A stretch of 32,000 nt of DNA from Micrococcus luteus NCTC 2665 (GTDB lineage Bacteria; Actinomycetota; Actinomycetes; Actinomycetales; Micrococcaceae): positions 990,001 through 1,022,000 of the forward strand of contig NC_012803.1 of NCBI RefSeq assembly GCF_000023205.1. Direction: 5' to 3'. The notes below the pieces were generated by a model, which worked only from the letters and a program-made list of their open reading frames with translations, did not search any database and was not told the DNA's origin. Position numbers and translations under genes: made by a program. How positions within the stretch are numbered: the first letter of the stretch is position 1; each line of letters starts with the position of its first letter. Positions 9,073-18,301 of this stretch are shown here, one piece after another.

Positions 9073-9821
9073 CCGCCCGCCGGGGCGGTGGCCGGCCGAC
9101 GGTGCGCGCCGGCCTGGACGTCGAGGCGGGGCTGGCCGCGCCGGTCCTCGCCGCGCGGGGAGTGGACCGGGTGCTCGTGGCGGGCATGGACGAGGTGGGC
9201 CGGGGCGCACTGGCCGGGCCCGTCGTCGTCGGGGTGTGCGCCGTCTGGCTGCCCGCCGCAGGGCAGATCCCTGCGGTGCGCGACTCGAAGGCGCTCACGG
9301 ACCGACGCCGGCGCGCCCTGGTCCCGCAGATCGAGGACTGGGCGGCCGGGGTGGCGCTGGGGGAGGCCAGCCCCGCGGAGATCGACGCGCACGGGGTCTC
9401 GGCGGCCCTCGGCCTCGCCGGGCGCCGGGCCTGGGCGGCACTGTGCGCCGCGGTGGGGCAGGAGCCGGTCGCCCTCGTGCTCGACGGCCGGGACGACTGG
9501 CTGAGCCGCTCCGATCCCGACGCCGGCCCCGCGCCCGCGCCGCGTCCGCTGCCGCCCGTGCCCACGATGCTGGTGCGGGCTGAGGATCGGTGCGCGACGG
9601 TGGCGGCGGCGTCGATCGCCGCGAAGGTGGCCCGCGACGACGTCATGATCGCCCTCGACGCGGAGCACCCCGGGTACGGGTGGGCCGGGAACAAGGGGTA
9701 CGGCTCAGCCGCGCACCGGGCCGCCCTGACCGAGCGCGGGGCGAGCGAGCAGCACCGGCGCAGCTGGAACCTCGGGCTGCCGGGCGCGCCCGCGCAGGCG
9801 CCTCCCACGCTGTTCGACTGA
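9069..9821 (+). CDS. rnhB: ribonuclease HII
   Basis: 250 aa from GTG 9069 (GTGA overlap with the lepB stop). Motifs: GMDEVGRGALAGPVVVG, RDSKALT, SIAAKVARD, GYG. Confidence 0.9.
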   Translation: MTARRGGGRPTVRAGLDVEAGLAAPVLAARGVDRVLVAGMDEVGRGALAGPVVVGVCAVWLPAAGQIPAVRDSKALTDRRRRALVPQIEDWAAGVALGEASPAEIDAHGVSAALGLAGRRAWAALCAAVGQEPVALVLDGRDDWLSRSDPDAGPAPAPRPLPPVPTMLVRAEDRCATVAAASIAAKVARDDVMIALDAEHPGYGWAGNKGYGSAAHRAALTERGASEQHRRSWNLGLPGAPAQAPPTLFD

Positions 9822-9936
9822 CTCCCAGGGGCCGGGCGTGCCGCCCGTTCGACGTGCGACCCCTGGACGGGGGAGGATGGAGGCCGTGCGTGCCCGGACT
9901 GTCGCGGGTGCGCGGCGAACACTGAGGAGGCATGTC

Positions 9937-10260
9937 ATGAGCGCGGACGACGTCGAGGACTTCGAGGCCGAGGCCGAGCTGCTGCTCTACCGCGAGTACC
10001 GGGACGTGGTGGGCCTGTTCCGCTACGTCGTGGAGACCGAGCGGCGCTTCTACCTCGCCAACGACGTGCGCCTGACTCCCCGCCAGGCGGACGGGGACGT
10101 GTTCTTCGAGATCCTGCTCGAGGACGCCTGGGTGTGGGACGTGTACCGCACGCAGCGGTTCATCAAGCGCGTGAAGGTGCTGACCTTCAAGGACGTGAAC
10201 ATCGAGGAGCTGCCCACCGAGGACTTGACGGTCCCGCCGGACGGCCAGCTGCCGAGCTGA
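9937..10260 (+). CDS. DUF2469-family protein (Rv2901c-like)
   Basis: 107 aa from ATG 9937 with SD GAGGAGG at 9924-9930. Contains EAEAELLLYREYRDVVGLFRYVVETERRFYLAN. Conserved position after rnhB in Actinomycetota. Confidence 0.85.
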   Translation: MSADDVEDFEAEAELLLYREYRDVVGLFRYVVETERRFYLANDVRLTPRQADGDVFFEILLEDAWVWDVYRTQRFIKRVKVLTFKDVNIEELPTEDLTVPPDGQLPS

Positions 10261-10394
10261 CCCACGCCTGATCGGCCCCGAGGGCGGGACGCCGACGTCC
10301 ACTCCTGCACAGGCGTCCGGCCCCGCACAATCCTCGGCGTCGTCCACCCGGCGACCCTGCTCGGGACCACCCTGGTGCCCAGGAGGTGGTCGGG

Positions 10395-10814
10395 ATGACG
10401 GGGACCGCAGAACGGATCGGGGCGCAGCCGCCCGGAGAGAGGCGCGCCAGCCGCGCGCACACGGCGCTGGGCCGGTTCGGTGAGGACGCCGCCGCGCGCT
10501 GGCTCGCCGAGCGCGGCTACGTGATCGCCGACCGCAACTGGCGGGGCGAGGCCGGAGAGCTGGACATCGTGGCCCACCACGCCGGCTGGTGGGTGGGCGT
10601 CGAGGTGAAGACCCGCTCGGGCCTGGCCTTCGGGGACCCGTTCGAGTCGATCGACCGGCGCAAGCTCACCCGGCTGCACCGTCTCACTGCGGCGTGGGTG
10701 CGGGCCCACGCCGCGGACCGCCGGGGGACGCCCTGGCGCGTCGACGCCGTCGCCGTGCTGGTGCCGCGCACGGGAGGGATCCGCTTCGATCTGCTGCAGG
10801 ATGTGCGGCCGTGA
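10395..10814 (+). CDS. yraN: YraN/UPF0102-family predicted endonuclease
   Basis: 139 aa from ATG 10395 with SD AGGAGG at 10381-10386. PD-(D/E)xK-like core GEDAAARWLAERGY...GELDIVAHH...VEVKTR. Confidence 0.85.
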   Translation: MTGTAERIGAQPPGERRASRAHTALGRFGEDAAARWLAERGYVIADRNWRGEAGELDIVAHHAGWWVGVEVKTRSGLAFGDPFESIDRRKLTRLHRLTAAWVRAHAADRRGTPWRVDAVAVLVPRTGGIRFDLLQDVRP

Positions 10815-12415
10815 GCGGCATCGGACGCACCCGCTCCATCACGCTGGCGGGTCTGCGCGGGGAGGTCGTGCACGTCGAGGCGGACATCGCCCAGTCCCTG
10901 CCCGGCTTCACCCTCCTCGGCCTGCCGGACCAGGCGCTGCAGGAGAGCCGGGACCGCATCCGCTCCGCCGCGCGCAACGCCGGACTGCCCCTGACCCGGC
11001 GGCACCTGACCGTGAACCTGCTGCCGGCCGGGGTGCACAAGCGGGGCGCCTGCCACGACTTGGCGATCGTCCTGGCGGCCTACGCCGCGGACGGGCGGGT
11101 GCGGAACGTCGAGGGGCCCGTGTTCCTGGCCGAGCTCGGCCTCGACGGCGCCCTGCACCGCTCGCCGGAGACCGTGGCGATGGTGATGGCCGCCGTCGAC
11201 GCGGGGTGCTCCGAGGTGGTCGTCGCCGAGGACGCGGAGGCCGAGGCCCGACTGGTCCCCGGCGCCGAGGTCCGCGGCTTCGCCCATCTGCACGACGTCA
11301 TCCACGCCTTCGGCGGGGAACCGGAAGGAGAGGTGCCCCGCCGCCCGGCCCGACGGCAGGTGCCAGCTCCGGAACCGGAGCCGGCCCGTGCGGTGCCCGA
11401 CCTCGCCGAGGTCGCAGGACAGGCCGAGGCCCGGTTCGCGCTCGAAGTCGCCGCCGCCGGCGCCCACCACCTGCTGCTGGTGGGCGCCCCGGGGGCGGGC
11501 AAGACCATGCTCGCCGAGCGCCTGCCCGGAATCCTCCCGCCCCTGGACCGGCGCACCGCGCTCGAGTGCGCCGCCCTGCGCTCCCTCCGCGGCGGCGACG
11601 CCCGTGTCCGGCGCAGGGGCGGGACGGCCCAGGGGTTCGACGGTGACATCGACCGGACCCCGCCGTTCGAGGCACCCCACCACTCGGCGTCCCGCTCGGC
11701 CCTCGTGGGCGGTGGCAGTGGCCTCGCCCGGCCGGGAGCGGCCTCCCTCGCCCACGGCGGCGTGCTGTTCCTGGACGAGGCCCCCGAGTTCGAACGGCGC
11801 ACCCTCGAGGCGCTGCGCCAGCCCCTCGAGTCCGGGGAGGTGCTGCTGCACCGGGCCCTCGGCGCCGTCGTCTACCCGGCCCGGTTCCAGCTCGTGCTGG
11901 CCGCCAACCCATGCCCGTGCGGCAAGGGCGGCGGCACGGGCGTCGAGTGCCGATGCAGCGTGCCCGAACGCCGCCGCTACGCCCAGCGGCTCTCCGGACC
12001 GCTGCTGGACCGCGTCGACCTGCAGGTCACCGTGCGGCCCGTAGAAGCGCGGCAGCTCACGGGGGCGCCCGCCTCCGAGACCACGTCGAAGGTGGCCGCC
12101 CGGGTCGCGGCGGCCGCCGACCGCCAGGCCCGACGCTGGGCCGCTGCCGCAGAGCGCGGGCTCGTCCCGTCCGGGCTGCGCCGCAACGCGCACGTCCCCG
12201 CCGGGGTGCTGCGGCACGGCCCGTACGCCGTGCCCCGGGCGGCCCGCCGGCCTGCGGACGACGCCGTCGACCAGGGCCTGCTGAGCGCGCGCGGCCACGC
12301 CCGTGTCCTGCGCCTCGCCTGGACCCTGGCGGACCTGCGCGGCGCCGAACGGCCCGCACCCGAGGACACCGACGTGGCACTCACGCTGCGCCACCAGAAC
12401 GAGGAGGACGCATGA
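10811..12415 (+). CDS. comM: Mg-chelatase-like AAA+ protein ComM/YifB
   Basis: 534 aa from GTG 10811 (GTGA overlap with the yraN stop). Walker A is GAPGAGKTM and Walker B is VLFLDEAPEF. N-terminal Lon-like domain (GLPDQALQESRDRIRSA). Confidence 0.9.
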   Translation: MSGIGRTRSITLAGLRGEVVHVEADIAQSLPGFTLLGLPDQALQESRDRIRSAARNAGLPLTRRHLTVNLLPAGVHKRGACHDLAIVLAAYAADGRVRNVEGPVFLAELGLDGALHRSPETVAMVMAAVDAGCSEVVVAEDAEAEARLVPGAEVRGFAHLHDVIHAFGGEPEGEVPRRPARRQVPAPEPEPARAVPDLAEVAGQAEARFALEVAAAGAHHLLLVGAPGAGKTMLAERLPGILPPLDRRTALECAALRSLRGGDARVRRRGGTAQGFDGDIDRTPPFEAPHHSASRSALVGGGSGLARPGAASLAHGGVLFLDEAPEFERRTLEALRQPLESGEVLLHRALGAVVYPARFQLVLAANPCPCGKGGGTGVECRCSVPERRRYAQRLSGPLLDRVDLQVTVRPVEARQLTGAPASETTSKVAARVAAAADRQARRWAAAAERGLVPSGLRRNAHVPAGVLRHGPYAVPRAARRPADDAVDQGLLSARGHARVLRLAWTLADLRGAERPAPEDTDVALTLRHQNEEDA

Positions 12416-13686
12416 CCACCCACGTCACCCCGGCGGCAGACCACGTCCCCGTCGCCGGGCCGCGCCGGCCGGACGCCGCCCGGCTCGCCCGCGCCGCCCT
12501 GACCCGGCTGGTCGAGCCCGGGGACGCGCTCGCGGTGCAGACCGTCACGGCGCTGGGGCCGGAGCGGGCCCTCGTCCTGCTCACCGGACGGGAGGCGATC
12601 CAGCCCGCCGAACGCGATCTGCTCGCCGATCTCGCCGGCACGCCCGACACGCTGCCCCGGCGCTGGGCCGCGGGGCTGGCCCGCTGGGCGCCCCGGGCCG
12701 CCCGGCTGGAGCCCGAGCGTGACCTCGTGACCCTGCACCGGCTTGGCGGGGGCCTCCTGATCCCCGAGGACGACGCCTGGCCCGCCGCCCTGGCGGACCT
12801 GGGCGAGGAGGCACCCCTGGGCCTGTGGTTCCGCGGCACCGGAACGCTGCCTCCCGCGGACCGGATGCTCGCCGTCGTCGGCAGCCGGGAGGCGACCGCG
12901 TACGGGCGGACCGTGACCGCCCGCTGTGCCGCCCACGCCGTCCAGCAGGGCGCGTGTGTGATCTCCGGCGGCGCGTACGGCATCGACGGCGCCGCCCACC
13001 GGGCCGCTCTGCAGGCGCCCGCCGCACCGGAAGACGCGGCGGGTCGCGGCGGCGTCCCGCCCACGGTGGCTGTGCTGGCCGGCGGCCTCGACCGGTTCTA
13101 CCCGGCCGGCCACGAGGACCTGCTCCGCGCTGTGATGGCCGCCGGGCTGCTCGTGTCCGAGATGCCGCCCGGTGCGAGTCCCACGCGCTACCGGTTCCTG
13201 CAGCGCAACCGGGTCATCGCCGCGCTCGCGGGGGCCGTGCTGGTGGTCGAGGCGCGCTGGCGTTCGGGAGCGCAGAACACGGCGGGCCACGCGTTCGGCC
13301 TCGGCCGCGAGGTGGGCGTCGTCCCCGGCCCCGTGACCTCGCCCAGCTCGGCCGGCTGCCACCGTCTGCTGCAGGAGAGCCCCGCCCGTCTCGTGACCAC
13401 CGAGCAGGAGGCCCTTGCCCTGCTCGGTCAGGCGCCCGCCCGGAGCGGCGGCGCGGGCGGGCGGGCCTCCACCCGGGCGGCTCCCGAGCCCGCCGCAAGA
13501 CCCACCGACGGGCTCACGATGGAGGAGGCTCTCGTCCACGAGGCGCTGCCCCTGCGCCAGGCCGTGCCCGCCGACCGGATCACCGTCAGCGCCGGGCTCG
13601 CGCTGCCCACCGTCCTGGCCTGCCTGTCCCGGCTGCAGCGGGCGGGTCTGGCCGAACGGGTCGAGGACCGGTGGCGGCGGGGATGA
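12412..13686 (+). CDS. dprA: DNA processing protein DprA (Smf)
   Basis: 424 aa from ATG 12412 (ATGA overlap with the comM stop). Motifs: [47 protein letters not shown]. Confidence 0.88.
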   Translation: MTTHVTPAADHVPVAGPRRPDAARLARAALTRLVEPGDALAVQTVTALGPERALVLLTGREAIQPAERDLLADLAGTPDTLPRRWAAGLARWAPRAARLEPERDLVTLHRLGGGLLIPEDDAWPAALADLGEEAPLGLWFRGTGTLPPADRMLAVVGSREATAYGRTVTARCAAHAVQQGACVISGGAYGIDGAAHRAALQAPAAPEDAAGRGGVPPTVAVLAGGLDRFYPAGHEDLLRAVMAAGLLVSEMPPGASPTRYRFLQRNRVIAALAGAVLVVEARWRSGAQNTAGHAFGLGREVGVVPGPVTSPSSAGCHRLLQESPARLVTTEQEALALLGQAPARSGGAGGRASTRAAPEPAARPTDGLTMEEALVHEALPLRQAVPADRITVSAGLALPTVLACLSRLQRAGLAERVEDRWRRG

Positions 13687-13730
13687 CCTGCGGCCGCGTG
13701 ATCCCGGGCGGCGCCCGCCCGCGGCGCGGA

Positions 13731-13739
13731 TGGCAGAGT
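13731..13739 (+). promoter_or_regulatory. candidate extended -10 element TGgCAGAGT for a leaderless xerC transcript
   Basis: TG at 13731-13732 plus CAGAGT at 13734-13739. ATG 13746 lies 7 nt after the hexamer, with no properly spaced SD. Confidence 0.3.
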
Positions 13740-13745
13740 GGGGGG

Positions 13746-14786
13746 ATGGCCCCGTCGTCCTCCGTCCGTCCCGTCTCGGTCCCGCGCGCCCCCTCGCCCC
13801 GGGACACGGCCTGGCTCGAGGCGTTCGAGGAGCACCTGCGTCACGAGCGGAATCGCAGCCCCCAGACCGTGCGCGCGTACCTCGCCGATCTGCGCGCCCT
13901 CATCGACCACGTCGTCGGCACAGCCGGCACCTCGGGGACGCCCGCCGCGGACGACGACGCCCCTGTCCGCCACGCGCCCAGCGCACCGGACGTCCTCGCA
14001 GAGCTGGACATCGAGGACCTGCGCGGCTGGCTGGCGGCCATGAGCGGGGCTGGCCTCGCCCGCGCGACCCTCGCCCGCCGGGTGGCCGCCGTCCGCACCT
14101 TCACGGCCTGGCTGCGCCGGGAGGGCCTGCGCTCGGACGACCCCGCCCTGCGGCTGCGCTCGCCCCGACCCGAGGGGACGCTGCCCCACGTGCTCCAGGA
14201 GCAGCAGGCGAGGCGGCTCCTCGCGGCCGCCCAGGAGCTTGTGGACGCCGCCGCCGCGGGCGACGATCCCGTCGCCCACGCGCTGGCCCTGCGGGACGCC
14301 GCCCTGCTCGAGCTGCTCTACGCCACCGGCGCCCGGGTGGCCGAACTCTCCGCCCTGGACGTGGACGACCTCGAGGCCGGCCGCGGCGTCGTCCGGCTGA
14401 CCGGCAAGGGCGACCGGCAGCGGACCGTCCCCTATGGCGACCCCGCGGGCCGCGCCCTCCAGGCGTGGCAGCGGCTCGGTCGCCCCCGCCTGGCCCGGCC
14501 GGACTCCGGTCCCGCCCTCTTCCTCGGCGCGCGCGGTGGCCGGCTGGGGGTGCGCCAGGCGCGCACCGTCGTCGACCGGGCACTCGAGGGCCTGGGGGAC
14601 ACCGCGGCCCGCGGGCCGCACGCACTGCGTCACACGGCCGCGACCCACCTCCTCGACGGCGGCGCCGACCTGCGCAGCGTGCAGGAGCTGTTGGGCCACG
14701 CGTCCCTGCGCACCACGCAGGTCTACACGCACGTCTCGATCGATCGCCTCCGCGAGGGCTACCGGCAGGCCCACCCACGCGCCTGA
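13746..14786 (+). CDS. xerC: tyrosine recombinase XerC
   Basis: 346 aa from ATG 13746. Contains [23 protein letters not shown], the catalytic region [19 protein letters not shown] and [15 protein letters not shown]. Conserved dprA-xerC adjacency. Confidence 0.9.
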   Translation: MAPSSSVRPVSVPRAPSPRDTAWLEAFEEHLRHERNRSPQTVRAYLADLRALIDHVVGTAGTSGTPAADDDAPVRHAPSAPDVLAELDIEDLRGWLAAMSGAGLARATLARRVAAVRTFTAWLRREGLRSDDPALRLRSPRPEGTLPHVLQEQQARRLLAAAQELVDAAAAGDDPVAHALALRDAALLELLYATGARVAELSALDVDDLEAGRGVVRLTGKGDRQRTVPYGDPAGRALQAWQRLGRPRLARPDSGPALFLGARGGRLGVRQARTVVDRALEGLGDTAARGPHALRHTAATHLLDGGADLRSVQELLGHASLRTTQVYTHVSIDRLREGYRQAHPRA

Positions 14787-14817
14787 CGCCGCCCCGGAGC
14801 GCCCCCGGCCCCTCCAC

Positions 14818-14846
14818 TGCGCCGCCGCGACACGCACGGCGGCGCA
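14818..14846 (+). terminator. hairpin after xerC
   Basis: TGCGCCGCCG (14818-14827) pairs with CGGCGGCGCA (14837-14846): 10 bp with a 9-nt loop, 32 nt after the stop. Confidence 0.35.
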
Positions 14847-14854
14847 CCGCCCCG

Positions 14855-14883
14855 TTGCCGGCCCAGCATCCCTGGTGCACAAT
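14855..14883 (+). promoter_or_regulatory. candidate sigma-70-type promoter for the DUF3145 gene
   Basis: TTGCCG (14855-14860), a 17-nt spacer, then CACAAT (14878-14883). About 70 nt upstream of ATG 14957, which has its own SD (GGAGG). Confidence 0.4.
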
Positions 14884-14956
14884 GGCCCCAGGATCCACCG
14901 GAGCCGCGACGTGGTCGTAGGGGAAGACGCACCGCATCGCACCCTCGGAGGCATCC

Positions 14957-15460
14957 ATGACCAGCATCCAGACCCGCGGCGTGGTCCACATCCTCTCCGC
15001 CCCCACCGCCCTCTGCCCCCACGTGGAGTGGGCGCTGAGCTCCGTGCTCGGCCCCGCGACCTCGGTGGAGTGGGAGGGTCAGCCGGTCGCGCCCGGCCAG
15101 CACCGCGCCGAGGTGCGCTGGACGGCGCCCGCCGGCACCGGTGCGCGCCTGGCCTCGGCCCTGCGCGGCTGGCCGCACCTGCGCTTCGAGATCACCGAGG
15201 AGCCGTCCGCCGGGGTCGACGGCTCGCGCTGGTCCCACACCCCGGACCTCGGCATCTTCCACGCCACCACGGACGTCTCCGGCAACATCATGGTCTCCGA
15301 GGACCGCATCCGGTACGCCTACGAGGCCGGCGCGGGCGACCCCAGCGTGCTGATGCACGAACTCTCCCTCGCGCTCGGCGAGGCCTGGGACGATGAGCTC
15401 GAGCCGTTCCGGCTGGCCGTCGCCCACGCCAACGTGCGCTGGCTGCACCGCGCCGTCTGA
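14957..15460 (+). CDS. DUF3145-family protein
   Basis: 167 aa starting TRGVVHILSAPTALCPHVEWALSSVLG. A conserved actinobacterial protein usually found next to the fab genes. Confidence 0.85.
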   Translation: MTSIQTRGVVHILSAPTALCPHVEWALSSVLGPATSVEWEGQPVAPGQHRAEVRWTAPAGTGARLASALRGWPHLRFEITEEPSAGVDGSRWSHTPDLGIFHATTDVSGNIMVSEDRIRYAYEAGAGDPSVLMHELSLALGEAWDDELEPFRLAVAHANVRWLHRAV

Positions 15461-15488
15461 CCCCTCGTCCGGCCGGCGGCGCTCCGGC

Positions 15489-16733
15489 TCAGACGCTGCG
15501 GAACACGGCCACCGCGTTGTGGCCGCCGAAGCCGAACGAGTTCTTCACGGCCACGCGCGGCCCCTCGGGCAGGCGGGCGGGGGAGCCGGTGACCACGTTC
15601 AGCGGGATCTCCGGGTCCTGGTGGTCCAGGTTGATGGTCACGGGCGCCTGGCCGTGGTGGACGGCGAGCACGGACAGGATCGACTCGATCGCGCCCGAGG
15701 CGCCCAGCAGGTGGCCGGTCTGGGACTTCGTGGCCGAGACCTGCACCTGGTCCAGGTGGTCGCCGAACACGGCCCGCATGGCCAGGTACTCCGGGGCGTC
15801 GCCCTTGGGCGTGGACGTCGCGTGGGCGTTCACGTGGCACACGTCCTCGGGGGTGAGGTCGGCCGACCTCAGAGCGGCGCGCATCGCACGGGTCGCGCCC
15901 ATGCCCTCGGGCTCGGGCGCGGTGATGTGGTGGGAGTCGGAACTGACGCCCGCGCCGGCCAGCTCGGCGTACACGCGCGCGCCGCGGGCCTTCGCGTGCT
16001 CCAGCGACTCGATCACCATGACGCCGGCGCCCTCGCCGAGGACGAAGCCGTCGCGGTCCACGTCGTAGGGGCGGGACGCGGCCTGCGGGTCGTCGTTGCG
16101 CTTGGACAGCGCCTGCATCGCAGCGAACGCGGCCATCGGCAGCGGGTGCACGGCGGCCTCGGCGGCGCCGCAGATCACGACGTCGGCCTGGCCGGAGCGG
16201 ATGAGCAGCAGCGCGGTCTCGAGTGCCTCGGTGCCGGCTGCGCACGCGGACACCACGGTGCGGGCGCCGGCGCGGGCGCCGAACTCGAGGGAGAGCGCGC
16301 CGGCGGCGCCGTTGGGCATGAGCATCGGGACGGTCATGGGCAGCACGCGGCGCGGGCCGCGCTCGCGCAGGGTGTCCCAGCCGTCCAGGAGGGTCCACAC
16401 GCCGCCGATGCCGGTGCCGAAGGCCACGGCGAGCCGGTCGCCGTCGACCTCCGCGCCCTCGAGGCCGGCGTCCTTCCAGGCCTCGCGCGCGGCGACGGTC
16501 GCCATCTGGGTGGCCGGGTCCTGACGCTTCTGCTCCACCTTGGAGAGGACCTCGGAGGTGGGCACGGCCAGCTCGGCCGCGAAGGTGACGGGCAGCTCGT
16601 ACTTCTCCACCCAGTCGTGTTCCATGGTGCGCGCACCGGAGACGCCCTGCAGGGCATGGGCCCAGAAGGTGGGCACGTCGCCGCCGATGGGCGTGGTGGC
16701 GCCGAGGCCGGTGATCACTGCGGTGCGGGTCAT
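15489..16733 (-). CDS. fabF: beta-ketoacyl-ACP synthase II (KAS II, FabF/KasA-like)
   Basis: 414 aa. Active-site Cys in VVSACAAGTEA, His residues in VNAHATSTPKGD and TGHLLGASG, C-terminal NSFGFGGHN. Confidence 0.95.
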   Translation of the reverse strand: MTRTAVITGLGATTPIGGDVPTFWAHALQGVSGARTMEHDWVEKYELPVTFAAELAVPTSEVLSKVEQKRQDPATQMATVAAREAWKDAGLEGAEVDGDRLAVAFGTGIGGVWTLLDGWDTLRERGPRRVLPMTVPMLMPNGAAGALSLEFGARAGARTVVSACAAGTEALETALLLIRSGQADVVICGAAEAAVHPLPMAAFAAMQALSKRNDDPQAASRPYDVDRDGFVLGEGAGVMVIESLEHAKARGARVYAELAGAGVSSDSHHITAPEPEGMGATRAMRAALRSADLTPEDVCHVNAHATSTPKGDAPEYLAMRAVFGDHLDQVQVSATKSQTGHLLGASGAIESILSVLAVHHGQAPVTINLDHQDPEIPLNVVTGSPARLPEGPRVAVKNSFGFGGHNAVAVFRSV

Positions 16734-16834
16734 GGGTCTGCTGCCTCTGGGTCTCGAGTCGGGATCGGGCGGAGGGGTCTCATCGGCACGACGCGCGGCG
16801 CTCGCCGGGGTGCCGGAAGTCGAGGGTGTCGGGG

Positions 16835-16860
16835 GCCGGGGGCGCTCACGCGCCCCCGGC
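16835..16860 (-). terminator. intra-operon hairpin between acpP and fabF (attenuator or processing/stability element)
   Basis: GCCGGGGGCGC (16835-16845) pairs with GCGCCCCCGGC (16850-16860): 11 bp with a 4-nt loop. It lies within an unusually long 176-nt acpP-fabF spacer. Confidence 0.35.
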
Positions 16861-16909
16861 GCTCACCGAGGGGACGGGACGGGCCGGGCCCGCCGCCGTC
16901 GTGGGCCGG

Positions 16910-17155
16910 TCAGGCCTGGGCGCCGTCGATGAAGTCGACGGCGTCCTGGACGGTCTTGAGGTTCTTGACCTCCTCGTCCGGGATCTTCACGCCGAACTTG
17001 TCCTCGGCGTTGACCACGATGGTCATCATCGAGATCGAGTCGATGTCCAGATCGTCCGTGAAGGACTTCTCCGGCTGCACCTCGGCGGTGTCGAGACCGG
17101 TCTCCTCGTTCACGATCTCGGCGAGGCCGGCGAGGATCTCTTCCTTGGAAGCCAT
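16910..17155 (-). CDS. acpP: acyl carrier protein
   Basis: 81 aa from ATG (complement 17155), SD GAAGGAG. Starts MASKEEILAGLAEIVNEETG and carries the phosphopantetheine site DLDIDSISMM. Confidence 0.95.
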   Translation of the reverse strand: MASKEEILAGLAEIVNEETGLDTAEVQPEKSFTDDLDIDSISMMTIVVNAEDKFGVKIPDEEVKNLKTVQDAVDFIDGAQA

Positions 17156-17216
17156 GGGGCGTCTCCTTCGGTAGGGGTGTGGGGTGTACGTGGACAGTGA
17201 ATCAGACGGCGCCGCC

Positions 17217-18269
17217 TCAGGGGAGGCGGACCACCTGGGCGCCGTAGACCAGCCCGGCACCGAAGCCGATCTGCAGGGCCAGACCGCCGGAGAGCTCGGG
17301 GTTCTCCTCCAGCAGCCGGTGCATGGCCAGCGGGATGGACGCGGCCGACGTGTTGCCGGCGTCCGCGATGTCCCGGGCCACGACGACGGACTCCGGCAGC
17401 TTCAGCTGCTTGGCGAACTCGTCGATGATCCGCATGTTGGCCTGGTGCGGGATGAACGCGGCGAGGTCCTCGGGCTCCACGCCCGCGGCGTCAAGGGCCT
17501 CGCGGGCCACCTTCGCCATCGACCACACGGCCCAACGGAAGACGGAGGGCCCGTCCTGGCGCAGCGTGGGCCAGAGCATCCCCTCTGCGCCGGTGATCGC
17601 CGAGGCGTCGCCCGTGGTGCGGGCGTGCTCCACGGCATCGCGCAGCTCCAGCTGCGAGTGCGTCATGGAGATCGTGGACCAGCGCTCCCCGTCCGAGCCC
17701 CACACCGAGGGGGAGATGCCCGGCTCGTCCGAGGCCGCGACGATCACGGCGCCCGCGCCGTCGCCCAGCAGGAAGGAGATGGAGCGGTCCGTGGGATCCA
17801 CGACGTCGGAGAGGCGCTCGACGCCGACCACGAGCACGTGCCGCGCGGTGCCGGAGCGCACGAGCGCGTCGGCCTGGGCCACGCCGTAGCAGTAGCCGGC
17901 GCACGCGGCGGAGACGTCGTAGGCGGGCGCCGGGGTGGCGCCGATCTCGTGCGCCACGAGGGCCGCGGCCGAGGGGGTGGCGTGCGGGAAGGTGACGGTC
18001 GAGACGATCACGGCGTCCAGGTCCGAGCCCTGCAGGCCGGCCCGCTCGAGGGCCTCCCGGGCGGCGCCCACGGCCATGACGGGCACGGTCTCCTCCGCCG
18101 TGGCGCGCTGGCGTGTGACGATGCCGGTGCGCTGGCGGATCCACTCGTCCGACGAGTCGATGGGGCCGATGAGGTCCTCGTTCGGGACCAGGTTCGCCGG
18201 GCGGTAGGCGCCCACGGCCACGATGCGGCTGGCCGCGGGGCGCTCGTGCTGCTTCAGGGTGACGGTCAT
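17217..18269 (-). CDS. fabH: beta-ketoacyl-ACP synthase III
   Basis: 350 aa from ATG (complement 18269). Cys-His-Asn triad contexts are SAACAGYCYG, IPHQANMRII and GNTSAASIP. Confidence 0.95.
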   Translation of the reverse strand: MTVTLKQHERPAASRIVAVGAYRPANLVPNEDLIGPIDSSDEWIRQRTGIVTRQRATAEETVPVMAVGAAREALERAGLQGSDLDAVIVSTVTFPHATPSAAALVAHEIGATPAPAYDVSAACAGYCYGVAQADALVRSGTARHVLVVGVERLSDVVDPTDRSISFLLGDGAGAVIVAASDEPGISPSVWGSDGERWSTISMTHSQLELRDAVEHARTTGDASAITGAEGMLWPTLRQDGPSVFRWAVWSMAKVAREALDAAGVEPEDLAAFIPHQANMRIIDEFAKQLKLPESVVVARDIADAGNTSAASIPLAMHRLLEENPELSGGLALQIGFGAGLVYGAQVVRLP

Positions 18270-18301
18270 GGTGCCTCTCTCTGCCGGGCGGTGCGCGGGG
18301 T

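Noticed and set aside
13746-14786. Tyrosine recombinase as a marker of a mobile element or prophage
   Set aside because: It sits in the conserved dprA-xerC context and has the XerC-type N-terminal core-binding domain. No att-like repeats or phage genes flank it. I also looked for a dif-like AT-rich 28-mer in the window and saw none.
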